The notes beneath the pieces are model-generated. The model did not search any database. It saw nothing but the letters and a program-made list of their open reading frames with translations, and had not been told where the DNA came from. DNA of 64,000 bases from Somniosus microcephalus (Eukaryota). Shown one piece after another: positions 1 to 13,474 of the stretch (position 1 is its first letter; the number at the start of each line of letters is the position of its first letter). A program made the translations under genes and the position numbers. The stretch covers positions 51,026,001 to 51,090,000 of the forward strand of contig CM126223.1 in the NCBI GenBank assembly GCA_052327205.1, given 5' to 3'.

Positions 1-96
1 CTCAAGCAACAAGGAAGGATACACTGCCTCTTTCACCCACGCTTAAAAGATTCAAATGACTATATAAGGCATTGATAAAAAGAATTGAAATATCCC

Positions 97-460
97 TTTT
101 TTTATTCATTCACGGATGTGGGCGTCACTGGCAAGGCCGGCATTTATTGCCCATTCCCTAATTGCCCTCGAGAAGGTGGTGGTGAGCCACGTTCTTGAAC
201 TGCAGCAGTCCGTGTGGTATGTCGTAGCGGTTTGGTACAACTGAGTGGCTTGCTAGGCCATTTCAGAGGGCAGTTAAGAGTCAATCACATGGCTACAGGT
301 CTGGAGTCACATTTAGGCCACTTCGGGCAAGGACCACAGATTTCCTTCCCTAAAGTACGTTAGTGAACCAGATGGGTTTTTACGCTAATCCGGCAGTTAC
401 ATGGTCACTAATCCAGGCCTCTGGATTACTAGTCCAATAACATAACCACTATGCTACTGT
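97..460 (-). mobile_element. tRNA-derived shark SINE sharing its 3' tail with the CR1-like LINE at 39945-41062
   Basis: Minus-strand head GTAGCATAGTGGTTATG...CTAGTAATCCAGAGG. Tail GGGCAATAAATGCCGGCCTTGCCAGTGACGCCCACATCC is near-identical to the ends at 39960-40010 and 55825-55870. Confidence 0.8.
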
Positions 461-520
461 TCCCTTCTTGCTGCACCAAGCATAGAGCTCTCCTGGAATT
501 TTACGGTGTTGTCAAACAAT

Positions 521-1188
521 GGTCCTGAATTTGCAGCCGGAGACTTCCCGTGGGTAAATGCCTCTGATCCGCAAATAAAATGCCCACATACCTGGTGGTC
601 CGGGAGGTACGGAGACTCGCGGTCCTGGGCCTCTCCGGGTACGCGCGGGAAGATGGCCATGTATCCCAGGGGCACAGACGGTTCGCAAGCGCCCCGGGAT
701 CATGTGGGCCAGCCCAACGAATGACAGAAGGGGATCCCCATTCATGCTTATGGGGATTCCATATGTACCCAAAAAATACCTCTATACTTCAAATACATTT
801 TTTTAATCACCTATTTAAAATTAATTAAAATGGCTTTGAATTAAATATTTTTAAAAAAATTTAATTTTGAAAAATAAATGTACATGTTTTAAAGTGGCTA
901 TAAATAAACTTATCTTATTTCACAGGTTTTTAAATGAATAAATGATTGATAAAATTTTTATTTTTCTGTTTTTTAAAACTCTTACGCTGGTAAAAGCAGG
1001 CCTTACGCTGGGCAGAAGTCTGCACCAGCGAATGCCCTTTTTCTGGGGATTCATGCCATCTGTCTTGACAGATCGCAAGTTCCAGGATTTAGTGCATGTG
1101 CAGCGCATGCCTAAACCTGGAACCTGTGCGGCCCCTACAGGCACGTGCGCACCTCACATGCGCCTGTAGGGGCTGCAAATTATGGCCC
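521..1188. mobile_element. Non-autonomous DNA transposon (MITE), PIF/Harbinger-like
   Basis: 18-bp TIRs ggtcctgaatttgcagcc / ggctgcaaattatggccc (15/18 match), 3-bp TSD AAT/AAT, GC-rich arms with an AT-rich core. Homologous to 27766-28503. Confidence 0.8.
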
Positions 1189-1459
1189 AATGATTCTCTC
1201 GCCAATTTTCTAAGGGAACAACACGAATTTACTGAGAAAATTCTAGTGTGAAGTGGCCTAATCAGAATCCAATTCAGCTCCTCTGCCTTCCGCAAAGATA
1301 CACTCAAGTTCAGTGTTTCTTGCATCAGAAATCTCCAAAGATGATCAGCTGAACAAAAGAAATGTAATTCGGGATACCGATTCTGAATAGGAAGAGATCT
1401 ACAATACAGTCAGCTTATTGGAGTCCTTAGAGGGTTTTATACACAGAAAAAATATCATG

Positions 1460-1860
1460 CTAGCCTGACTCAGTTGATAGCACCCTTGCCTAAGAGTCAT
1501 GAAGTTGTGGGCTCAAGCTCAAATCCAGGACTTTAGTACAAAATCTCGGCTAACACCAGTACAGCACTGAGGGAGCAGTGCATCATTGGAGGAGACATTA
1601 AACTGAAGCCCTGTCTTCCTGCTCAAATGCAAAGATCTCATAGCATGATGTGAAGAAGAACAGGAACTGTCCTGGCTTGTATTCCTCCTTGAATCAACAC
1701 CACCAAAAACAGATTAACTGGTCATTTGCTGTTTTGTGGGACCATGCAGTATGCTAAATAGCTCCTGCGTTTGCTTGCACAAGAACAGTGACTACATTAC
1801 AAAAGTAATGAATAGACTGTGAAGCACTTTGGGACCTCCTAGGATATAAAAGGGTGTATT
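1460..1860 (+). mobile_element. Deu-domain SINE (SacSINE1-like), degraded
   Basis: tRNA-like head (gactcagttgatagcacccttgcctaagagtca...), central gagacattaaactgaagccc, L2-type tail. Homologous to 13475-13930. Confidence 0.75.
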
Positions 1861-3708
1861 GGTTGTTTGTTCTTTCTATCCACTACAAAAAAGGATGAAA
1901 ATCATCTGCAAGTTCTGCAATGCATTCTTAACCCCTGTGGCTCAGACCCTCCAACAAGAAACGATGTAAACACTGAAAGGCAGTTCAGATCAACCTTCCA
2001 CCATATGGAAAACATTAAATAGGGTGCTCTATGTAGAATGAAGGTTATAATCATTTGGCAACAGTAATGGCTGTATTGTGTAAAGGGGAATTCCCACAGT
2101 TGTGTACTACACATCCTTTTGCATTTTTTTAAAACTACAGTCTCATTTTTGAGAAAATTTAGCAATGTGTAACAATGCCCAAGATAGCTTAGCACACCAG
2201 TCAAGAGAATTGCAGATAGGAAACAAAACTCCCTGATTACATTCCAATGCGGAAAAACATACTAGATGCAAATAGGAATTTCAGACATTAAGATTATGGC
2301 TGAGTGAGTAAATGCACAGTGCGTTAACTGCTACATCTGCCACAGCATCCTCAGTTTAGGGAGGAGGCAAAGAAAACTGGACAGAATTTCCAGCACTGGA
2401 TGTTATCCAGTTGTCCCTGCTCATAGTGTGCATTTGCAGACAGGAGGATGAGGAGAGAGAGGGAGAGGGTCTAGCCCATCTTTGATGGTTTCCACAGAGA
2501 ATAATAGCCAATTGAATAAGGTACGGGATGGCCCTGCCACCTGTGAGATTATACGCAGTATGAGTCACCATCTTCAGGAGAAGGGGCATAAGGTGAGAAC
2601 ATCAGAGAGAAAAAAATATATACAAATAAAAATTATGTAAAGAACAAGCCAGTAAAGTAGAAAGAAAAACCAGAAAGATTTATTAAAGAAATATAGTTGA
2701 ATTGACAATGTAAAATCTTTGTTTTGTAAGCGAAGCAGTTGTTGAGAGACACAAAAAACATCTTTCATCAACTTAATACGGTGTCACATTGCACAAAGAA
2801 CCCAATTTCAGTAAAGGATTGCAACGGCAATTTTTCTTGCTTTCACAAATCAAGGGGAATAATGGGAAATATCTAGAGTGGAAGAACACGATGTGAACAG
2901 CTCAAGTTAAGAGGATCTGAGAGGCAGACTCGAAGTACACAGCACTAAATTAGGCATGAGATTTACCCTTTGTTGTCATTTAGTTATGGGTTACTGGAGA
3001 TGAGAAAAGGGGGCATAAGACTGAAAATATACAGAAGAGAACTGCTGAAAAGCTGGCCTTTTAATGTCTGTACCTCACATATAATAGATAGATCATTTTT
3101 AACTGGCCTCCACATATCCAATTGTAATAAGGTTTCAATATAACATGAAAGTTTTCAACTAAGGCCAGTCTAACTTTATGTAAAAAATCAGTTAACTTTT
3201 TTTTAGCAATTTTGAATAAACTTGTAGCAGATCTCATCCAATTTGTTTGCTTTGCAGGTAATTTTCAAATTGCAGTAAAGAAAATCAGGAAACAATGCTA
3301 ATAAAGTAAAAAAATATATTATTTTACCTATAGAATGCATGCACAAAATTATAATGGAAATGTTAACTCTCAAGTATTCCTGCAATTTTCAACGTAAATT
3401 GGATTGCTAGATATTGGCCTATTATGGCTTTAAGTGAAGGGCACTGCCCATGTGTGAAGTTCACTTTTGTAGATTCTGTTGACTAGTTTTTTTTTAATGT
3501 TAAATTAATTTACTATTACAATTCTGCCAGCAGACTTTGGGGACAAAATACCGCACAGATATGTTGTTGCACAAATTTCACAATTACAAAGGCGCTGGTA
3601 CTAAACATATTTTTTATGTGATCCTGCAGGCATTTTTGTTATAACCTATACATTTTTATGGGGTTTTTTTTTGCAAGTGAAAAGGTTTCAGCAGCCCATC
3701 CTTCCTTA

Positions 3709-3870
<162 letters not shown>

Positions 3871-4499
3871 TCAAGGCGCTGCACCAAAAGGAAGGTTAAA
3901 AGGGTAAACATAAATCAGCTTGCAAAAGATTACTAAACATGGATATCTAAACATTATGACTTGGGGCTAAAAGGTCCAGCAAACTTCAGTCATTTTAGTC
4001 CATCATATATGCAGTTTAGTCTGCACTGGCTTTTGTCGTTACACCACATCCCACTTAATTCCACAAACTTGCAGCTTGAAAACATGGTGTTTTTTTTTAA
4101 TATAAAGTGTTTTCTCAGCGCCCACTTAATTCACCAGCGTTACCTACTTGTACAGTCAAACCTTATTATTACAGATGTGTAAACCATCCAAAATAATTGT
4201 TATAATTGTTAGGATTTTTTTGGCGAGAGCTATGTAATAAAAAACTAGTTTGCTGCAACAGAAGGTTTTTGTCATCCATTTGATATAGCAAGTTTCGACT
4301 GATCTGTCCTTCAGAAAAGATCCAGAGTAAATCTGATGAGGGCTCCTCTCGCAACTTCAAAACAGAATACTTTCCCCAACTATGGCTTTCATTCAACAAA
4401 TGATTCATCTGTCATGGGACAAGTACAACACAATGCCAATTCCTCCACCCCCACCCCACAGATAAGACACCTTGCTTAACTAACAAAACCTAACCAAGT

Positions 4500-4820
4500 G
4501 TAAGCTTCTGGGCGGTTTCTTCCAATTTTCTAACCTCCTTACCTGAAGGGATTGCTTCACATTGGGGTACAGTTCCATCCAGTAAAGACCAACATGAGAA
4601 TCTGTAAGAGGCATTGTCCTAACTGACATTCACATAATTACAGTAGTGCTCACTGAATGATGATCAGGAGTGGGAACCCTGATTTTTTCCCCCCTCCTCA
4701 ACCCAGAAAAGCTGAGGTGAACTCCCAACCACCACCCTGCTCAGATCACAGCACAGAATGGAAATCAAATGAGACATCCTTTGTCAATATTTCTCAGTAT
4801 ACTTGGTGCCTATTGAGCTA
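4500..4820 (-). mobile_element. Old tRNA-derived SINE-like repeat (same family as 37270-37625 and 62505-63360)
   Basis: Shares gatcaggagtgggaaccctgattttttccccct and ctcagatcacagcacaga with the other copies in reverse complement. Confidence 0.5.
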
Positions 4821-5038
4821 TCAGAAGAGTTACTTGGGTTGGAGACTTCAAATATTCACCACCATTAACCCCCAAATTTGTTGCTGCAGTGGTGTACAGC
4901 AAACTCAAGTACAGTAATTTTAGTAAAACAACCTCTTCCCAAATACATCCCATGTCATAGATCTCTTAGATATATGCTTTACTCATTACACTGAAACACC
5001 CGTGGCTTTGCTCTCGGTTAGTCAAAGGAAGTGTTATA

Positions 5039-5195
5039 GGGGTGATTTTAACCTCACCCCATCAGTGGGAAACAGACAGGTTCGAATCAGCTGCCCATTT
5101 TACACCCTGCCCAATTTTACTTTCCACAATGTAAAATGGGCGGCCAATCCGATTCTGTCAGTTTCACGCCAGGCGCGTTAGGTTAAAATGACCCC
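5039..5195. mobile_element. Short palindromic MITE (Harbinger-like ends)
   Basis: TIR ggggtgattttaacct / aggttaaaatgacccc (15/16). Internal inverted pair ctgcccattttaca / tgtaaaatgggcgg. TSD unclear (tat/ttt). Confidence 0.7.
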
Positions 5196-7491
5196 CTTTG
5201 TGTTCCAGCTGTGTTTATTGTGCCACACTGAGAGGTTACAGTGCCACTTCTTGGAAAAGGAAGAATAGCAGCCAGCAGCTCAAATGGCAGAGCGATATTT
5301 ATTTTTTCAGTGGTCAAGGTCAATGGGGAAAATCTCAGAGATGCAACAGCATGCTGTAATATATCAATTTCCAGAAGAAGAAAGAGCATTTACAGACTGC
5401 TTTAAGCCTCAAAATCTTTTTTCACTGTTATTATGGACTGAACAGCTAACAACTTGAATGGCGACACAGTATTTATTTTGCTGCCAAGGCCAGCAAAGAA
5501 TTTTTGGGGAAGCTATAGCAAGTAGCAAAATATCAATTCCTAATGGAACAATAGAGAAGAAAAAAGTTTTCCCAAAGCCTCCAAATCCTTTAAGTTTTAA
5601 TTATTCTAATGAACACAGCTGGGAGACAAAACTGGGAGTGGGCAGTGCCACTAGTGGTGGGAGGACTGAATGGCAAGTATGACAATATTTGCCTACATAA
5701 CAGTAACTATAATTTAAAGTAATTAATTTGTTATGTAGCATTTTTGGAATGTCCTGAGGACATGGAAGCTGCAATATAAATACAAGTTTTTTCTTTGCCT
5801 ACTAAAAGTAACAGAAGCAGGCATTATCGTCATACCCTCGACATTACCTCTAGGCACTCCAAAATGTCACAAAAGCATTACTGAATCATGGCACGATGGA
5901 AACAAACATTGCAAACAGGAAGTCTTGAGAACTTTAATACATATTCGTGAACTTCCCATGGTGCTGTTCATATTAAGTCAGAGGGAGAAGAGTTGGAGAA
6001 GAAGTGATGGTGTGGTGGATTCCTGCAATCTGTTCTGAAGCTTTAGATAACTGCAACCCATTATGACAATATTTCACTGGAATATTTATCTATTCTTGAT
6101 ATATTAAAAATCTTGCGGCAGCATGCACTTCCCGTCAGCAATTCCATTATAAATTCCTACGTCCATGTCAAACAGCCGAGGTCCATGATGGCGTGCCACA
6201 GCAACAGGTGCAGGCAAGCACTTGGAGCACAGATAGCAAAGGGCGTGATGCCATTCTCCTTTCCCTTCTCTTTTTCTCCTTTCCACCTTCTCTCTTTCCT
6301 CCTCTTTCCCTGTCATGGTGTCCAAGAGCAATGGGTGTGGAGGGGCAGCTGGAGCACAAATTGCCATGGCCTGTGATGGCTGGGACAGGAGGAGGTGCAA
6401 CGCTAAGCTTCTGGAACCTACAGGTCAGACAGCCGAGGAGCCTGATACTGGGGCAAGAAGCAATGGGCAGCAGGGCGTAAAGTAGTCCAGAGTAAAATGG
6501 GGCGTGAGTGGCTGTGAGAACCAGTGGAAAAAAAGGGGAGAAGCTGGAAGCAGAGAGATGAGGAAAAGCCGGAGGGAGCTAGAGTATGTAAAATTAGTAT
6601 GAAATTAATAAATAATTTACCTGGAAGCAAAAAGCAAAATAGGGACTAAGCTGAAAAAAGTGTTCAGAAATGTTATGTAGATCCATCTAATGGCTAAAAG
6701 ATGGGAGTTTCAAGACTTGAGGAATTGGATACAGAGCCACCTAGTTGCCAAAACTATGGCCTAAAGATGGAATTACGACATTGACATAGACATAGGAGAA
6801 ATCAATACTAAATGTTGATAGTGACGTGTTGACACAAAAGTGTGACAAAAATCATTACAGGAAGTATGGTTTTTGGACAGCAAGTACACACCCTGCACAA
6901 AGTTTTTAATAAGATATATATCATTGTTGGAAGTAGAGATCTCTCACTAATTATTACTGACTGCAGGAATTGTAGCACTGTCAGCTAGTCTTGGGATAAG
7001 TGTTGATGATATCAGGTAGGATTGGAACAGAAACAGATAATCAAGAAGATAAAAGCATTGGGATGAATCTGGATACAGGGAAGGTGTTGGGAAGCACCAC
7101 AGAATGCTGTCACTAGAATTAGCTCTGGTTCTACTTAATAATGAGCATATCATTAGGTGTAGAGCTCCTCACACCCAAACTTGATTCAATGGATAACAGT
7201 TCTTGATTAAGTCAAAACAACAATATACACAAGACTTGTTTCACATTCATTTTAGTGTTGAAACATATTTAAGACATCCTTAGTTGGTAAATGAACAAAA
7301 CATAAAAATCACTCATTCACGTATGAGTGCACTCTATCAAACTTCACATGACATGGCCGTGTAATGCCTCACTTCTGCTTATGGATTTGGGACCTAATTT
7401 GAGGTTTAATCGAGAGAGACTAACTGTAAATGGTGAAAAGGCAAATGTTTCTGCAGATTTACTATGACTTGATATTTTCCCTCTGATGTAC

Positions 7492-7651
7492 CTTTGCTTC
7501 CTCTGTCCTTTATAACATTATAGTAGGACTGCAGCAATCCATCAAAGTCACTTTTGTCACCTCCTTTCGGTTCAACGACGACTGCTTTGACTTCCTCCAG
7601 CTTCTCCCACAATCCTGTGAGCATCCAGCGATTTTTCAGCTTGTCCAGCAT
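7492..7651 (-). CDS. BRIP1: BRIP1/FANCJ DNA helicase, internal coding exon (equivalent of human exon 15)
   Basis: Minus strand ccttgccag|ATGCTGGACAAG...AGCAAAG|gtacat. Translates MLDKLKNRWMLTGLWEKLEEVKAVVVEPKGGDKSDFDGLLQSYYNVIKDRGSK, matching FANCJ helicase domain 2 (human ..[46 protein letters not shown]). 160 nt, the length of the human exon as I recall it. Confidence 0.95.
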
Positions 7652-9879
7652 CTGGCAAGGGGTAAGAAATATTTTTTTGGATATAGGAAGCTATTGTAAA
7701 TTTAATTTCACAGTGAATAAGACATACAGATGCCAACAACTAAATTAAATCATCAGTAATGTTGACAACCACTGCTCACATGTTTCTGAAGAGTATTTAA
7801 CAAGACAACAATGTTGTTTTGATGCCAGGGGTTTATGTCATAGCATTTTATTATCTGGAATCCAATATAGCCAGAGAATGTTTACCAATAGACTGAAAAT
7901 GTACCTGTGCATTAGCTAGGCAAATTTCCACTCCTCACAAATTTTGTCTCAAAAGTGATTGCTAAATAAACCAGTAGTGGAAAGTATTTTTTACAATTAA
8001 AAATTTCAAATGAAGCGCCAAGGCCCATACTGCAGCAAACCAAAGGAATTGAAAGAATCAAAGGGAAGTGGAGGTAAATCAAAAGATGATGCCACACTTG
8101 AGTTTCAAATTCCTGTAGATTGTAGGAGGAAGGGAAAACTGGTGAAGGTAAAAACTCCGCATGAAGAGTGCTATTTCCAGTAACAGTAGCACATCATGTT
8201 CAGATTGCAGGCACAGGCCCTCCTGCTTCGTACCTTAATATAGCAAGTTTTATCATCTGATATTGGCGATTTGGATGACAAAAGTGAAAAGATGCCAGAC
8301 ATATCCCCAGAGAAAGGGAATGCAACCTTGGAGGGCGAGTCAAACCCAGGCAACTTCTACACAGGCAGAAGACTGGGAATCAGCTGCCTTACCAAACCTC
8401 TCAATTAATAAATGACCGGAGTAATTTAAAGGGGCAGGACAAAAATAACATCCAAAACTTAAAAGTGTGTGAAATTCAAAAGCAAAGCATTAATTACATA
8501 ATTTTAGAGAGATCTTTTATAAATTTTATAAAGTAGTTGACATTCATGGCATTGCACTTTGGGCGTCAAAACCAAGTGTAGTCTTCAGATGAAGTGGGAT
8601 TAGACGGCAAAGAAATAATTAGACCACAGCATGCAGACGCCATTTATCTAGCTATGTAAAACACGTCGTCATGTTAGCAGTGAAAACTGATTATCATGAA
8701 TATCAAGAAAAGTAGCTTTTGGCATCTTAAAGGATGCTTTGCTCTCTGAAATAGCTCTCATTTCAGATGTAAAGCTTGCTTTATTATTGATGGCACCAGT
8801 TTACATTCAATTGATAATGTTCATTCCACCAATTAAAAAGGAAGCTTAGCGCTTAAATACTCACTATGAGCAACAGTTTCCTAAAGATCATCCGGTCATC
8901 GGCAAGGAAAGTGTTTGCATTGTACAGTTTTACTGAGGCAAAATTCACTACAAGCAGGTTCCACAGCATTATCAATTACTGCAAACTCAAAAACTTAAAA
9001 GTCCATATTAGTAACTCCTAAAGGACTTAACACAGTCTGGGCCTGACAACAATTTAGCGTGGTCGCATTTATTATTTCTCCTGGGGTATACCAAGTACAG
9101 ATACTCAGCTGTGTTTATGTCAACAAGACAAGACTCAATGCAGCTTTCACCATTATTAAAATCTTTAGCAAGATATCACAAAGACTAATTATTGTACCCA
9201 CAGAAAACCAAGTAAATGAAATATTTGCGTCAACACTGACAAATTCTTATAGACTTGAATTAAAAGTTGTATTTTTTTTCCGAAAAATCATCCTCTTTAT
9301 CTATGTTGAAGATATATTGAGAAATTGGAACAAGAGTACCTTCAACACAATAATCTTAACGGAAATCACAGAGACATTTTATTACCACGGTCTGAGCATA
9401 AATAAAATGTTCTCATGAAAAATAGAGTTTCATATTCAAACACCATTATTACGTTACACATTGAATTTAAAATCCTCCTGCAGTGCCTCCTAGCAAGATC
9501 GGAAAAACAAGAAAAATGAGGGGATACTGAAATGTAAATAAAGCTAGAAATAATAAAGAGTCAGAAAATGGGAAAAAAAGACAAAGGTGCAAGCGGTCCA
9601 TGTGAGGTACTTGGCCTGCAATTATACTGCCACTTTTATGTTTTTGTGAAGTGGTTTTTGCTTTGCACCAATGCAAAACTGGAACAAGACTACAATGCTG
9701 GAGTCAAATCCCTGGTTTATAACTCCTTGTATTTGGGGTTTTAAAGCTGTTTTCCAGTTTCACAGTTAGTATTATAGCTTCAGTTACAACAGGATGTCAA
9801 ATGAACACAATTACCATAGCTAAGCAACAAAGTATACTGAAAACTGTTCTCATTTTTACACATATGATTCCCTTAGGTC

Positions 9880-10035
9880 CTTCAGAGAAGGTAGCTGCAC
9901 CCCTACGTGGCCTGGTTTACATGGATCTCTAGTTCTATACTATGTGGCTGACACTTAATGCCCACAAAGCAACTAGGAATGGGCATTAAATACTGCCTTA
10001 TCATCAGTATTGCCCACATCCCAAGAACAAGGAAA
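9880..10035 (+). mobile_element. Degraded 3' part of the SINE family seen at 97-460
   Basis: tgtggctgacacttaatgccc...gcaactaggaatgggcattaaatactgcc...gcccacatccc. Confidence 0.55.
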
Positions 10036-10939
10036 AAAAACTACTGCACACTAAAATGCTACAGTGGCAACATACCAGTAGGTATAACTGCAACCTAAAA
10101 AGTTTCTTTTTGAAAAGAACTTACATGCAGCAGTATTTGCACTATATTAAATAAATATATATATATATCTTTAAACAGTGCACATTTTTACCATGTTGTC
10201 ATAATTTTGTCACACCTCCAACCTTTCTGAATAATGCCTGCTCGATGTAGATTTAGGGTTTACATTTAGGTTTACGACTAGGGGTCGGGGTTAGGGTACC
10301 GCAGCCAGCAGTGTATCTCTCACTATTGATACCGCACAAGTCCGCTATTCACAACGTCGCTGTCAGCAGATACTATTGACAAGCAGGCGACCTGCAACAT
10401 TGGTGACAGCACAATGTCTTATTGACACCACAGCCAGCCCTGAAACATGCTACTGTCACCACCAATTTATAGTTAAGACAAGGGTTGGTGGCAGAAACCA
10501 CCACAGGAACTGTTATTGACATCTTTGCCGTCACTAGACGCATTCTTAAATAAATACAGCCTCAAAACATTGAGTCAGGCTTCAGTGGAGCTAGCCAGTC
10601 AGGGGTTAAATACTTAATCCCGCTACTAGGGGAGCTGGGCATTCAGGAATTTATTAAATATATATATATGTGGTCTGAAGAAATGCAATGTGGCTACTGG
10701 AGAGGCAGGCCAGCCAACGATTAATTAAATAAATAAATTTGACGTCAAGATAGCGGCCCAACTGAGAATTCACTAATTCAAAAAATGTGCTTTAATAAAT
10801 GGAATCTGGTTTTGGAAAGGAGCAGCATCCCAATCTGAATTGGGTTTCTGGTTGAACGTGGCAACAGCAAGTTCTTTAATTAAATAAAGAGAATCAGGAA
10901 ATCACTGTCCGCTTTCACACCGCATTCTCTCCATTCCTC

Positions 10940-11700
10940 TGTGGCTGCTAACTTCCAAATAGGTCCTGCTCTTTCCAGTTTATATATCCATTCATATTTC
11001 CAACTCTACTGCTGCCCATTTATATTTATTTCAAACTACAAACTTTGCATTGATCACCTGCTACATTCTATTTCCACACTCCCCAATATCCACTATCCCA
11101 TCAATGCTTCACGTACCCACTGCCAGCATCCAAACTATTCCCTTCCCGCAACTACTCGAATACCCTTACCCCGAATGTCCACTATACAAACATCTCATTG
11201 CCCACACCTGCTCTCCACTAATAACTACCCACCCTCCTCAACTACTCATTACATCTGTACACCCTACCCCATTCCCATAAATCACTAATGTCCCTTAAAT
11301 GCTCACTGCCCTCCATTACACCTCAGTTCCCCAATCCCTAAACCATTCTGACTCCAAAATAGCCACAGAACCAACTACCCCCCCACTGACCATGTAATCT
11401 GGGCCTGGCAGATGGACCTCTTCCCCACTCCAGGCTCTGTAGGAAGACTGGCTACTCCTCAAAGCTGAGGAAGAGAAGGATAGCACACAGCAATTGCCTC
11501 CCCCTTCCCTCACCCACACCTTTCCTCAGCCAATCTTTATTCGCCATTCTACTCCTTCATCCCATCTCCCTTCCCCTTCCCTCTCTCACCTCTGTATCGG
11601 TTTCTGCCACCCTCTTTTGTCCACCTTTCCCCATCCTCCTCCTCCTCTCCCCTTCTCTACTTGGATCCAATTACCGTCCCCCCCCCCCCCCCCCCAATCC
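10940..11700 (+). repeat. C-rich low-complexity tract ending in a C18 homopolymer (11678-11695)
   Basis: Strong C-over-G strand skew, (cct)/(ccca) runs and 18 consecutive C. Confidence 0.7.
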
Positions 11701-11923
11701 TCTAATCCTGCTTGACCTGAATATCACACTTGGTCTCGACTTGTCATTTATAACACCATAAAAGATCGATGTAGACACACACAGAATTTTAGGAATTGGT
11801 ACAAATTATTTAATCTGAATAAAACACTAAAGGAACCCAGTTGATGGGGCAACATAACAGGCAAGGTCATACTCGTGTAATAGTGGCTCGAGCACCTAAA
11901 ACTTGATGAACCTATACTTCCCA

Positions 11924-12150
11924 AACAACAACCATTTATATTTATATAGCGCCTTTAACGTAATAAAACGTCCCATGGCACTTCACAGGAGTGTTAGCAA
12001 ACAAAAAAAAAATTTGACACCGAGCCATATAATGAGATGTTAGGGTATATGACCAAAAACTTGGTCGAAAAGGTAGGTTTTAAGGAGCATCTTAAAGGAG
12101 GAAAGAGAAATGGAGAGGCGGAGACATTTAGGGAGGGAATTCCAGAGTTT
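11924..12150 (-). mobile_element. L2 LINE 3' end fragment
   Basis: acaacaac..tttatatagcgcctttaacgtaataaaacgtccc...gtaggttttaaggagcatcttaaaggagg. Possible TSD ccaaacaa (11921-11928 / 12156-12163). Confidence 0.75.
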
Positions 12151-13474
12151 ATAATCCAAACAATCCAGGATACTCTCAGAAATGAAGGCAATATTTCAAT
12201 AGGCCAGCAATTTATTTTCATTTCCACTTAAAAACAATAGCAGCTTTCATTTACCATTTCCCTTTTATTTGTCCAATGACCCTAATTATTTGTACAGCTG
12301 TTTGTAGACTATGGTGCACAGTGAAATTTCAGATGCTCTTTCTTCCTATATTTAGCACTGATAGATACCCCCAGAAGTTACCATAAAAGGTTTGTCCTCA
12401 ATGTATCCTCTCAATCTCCTATAGTAGCAATTAAATGTCATGTTTTTTTTCTTTCTCAGCTGTAAAACATTTTCCATTGAGACTATAGTGCACATAAAAT
12501 GCTTTGAATCCTGTTATACAACACTATGCGGACCTAACGTTGCTGTGGAATCTCGGAAGCAAATTGCTGTGTGAGAATAACGATGATCCATTTGATATTT
12601 TAAAAATTAATGTCATGAAGAATCTTCAAAATCACACAGCAAGTCCAAAAGATAAGAAAAATGTCCCCACACTTCAAGTTTCCAACTATGGGCATGGGCA
12701 AGGTATAATACAGATGATGGCATATATTAACTTGTCTCTCCTTCAACTAGCTTAAAGTGTCTGGTTTGGTCTGGCCTGCCAAATTGCCTCCATGAAATTT
12801 CTCTTCTGTAATCCTACATCCCTCTCCCCTAAATCATCTATGCTAGTGGTAGATTCCAAACTCACTAAGACAATTACAACACATAAAAAATGGATATTAG
12901 TTTTGAGAGGCACAGAATTCATACTCGACAAGAAAACATCACTATTGTTAACAATGCAATTACTATTTCCAAGTTCTTTTAGGGTATATGATGATAGCTC
13001 TAATATTTAATGTCCAGTGTATAACGATGTTAGAAACAGGGGATGGCTAAATTAGTTTATGTTGCTAGAAGAATATCAAGGAAAAGATTAACTATATTGT
13101 CACTGTAGATATAAATACAAAACTGGTATTTTACAGTTCTATTGAAGATTCAAAAGTAATTTACTACCCCATCCAAAGTTTGGCTGAAGTATATACTCTG
13201 CTACCACCCCTTTCTACTAAGGGAATACAAAGATTTACATTAGCATCACAGCTTAACTTTTTTGCAAGTAGTTAAGTGCCATCAGTTCAACATTCCATTA
13301 ATGCCATGTTTCTTTCATAAAAACAGGGACCCTAAAATGCCTTCCAAAATCACGTACTAGTTGCACCTACTGTGAATTTATCTAGTTCGTAACTTGCATA
13401 GGCTGACTAGCAGAGATTAGTGACTAGACAGTATTACGTATAGACAAACTCAGTACCACATTAAAGAAAAATAG

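Noticed and set aside
6104-6630. Cluster of overlapping ORFs on both strands
   Set aside because: Caused by purine/pyrimidine-skewed low-complexity sequence with few stop codons; no protein similarity recognised.
7406-7491. C-terminal part of ORF 7406-7651 (GTSEGKYQVIV...)
   Set aside because: Read-through into the intron past the gtacat donor; FANCJ similarity stops at K.
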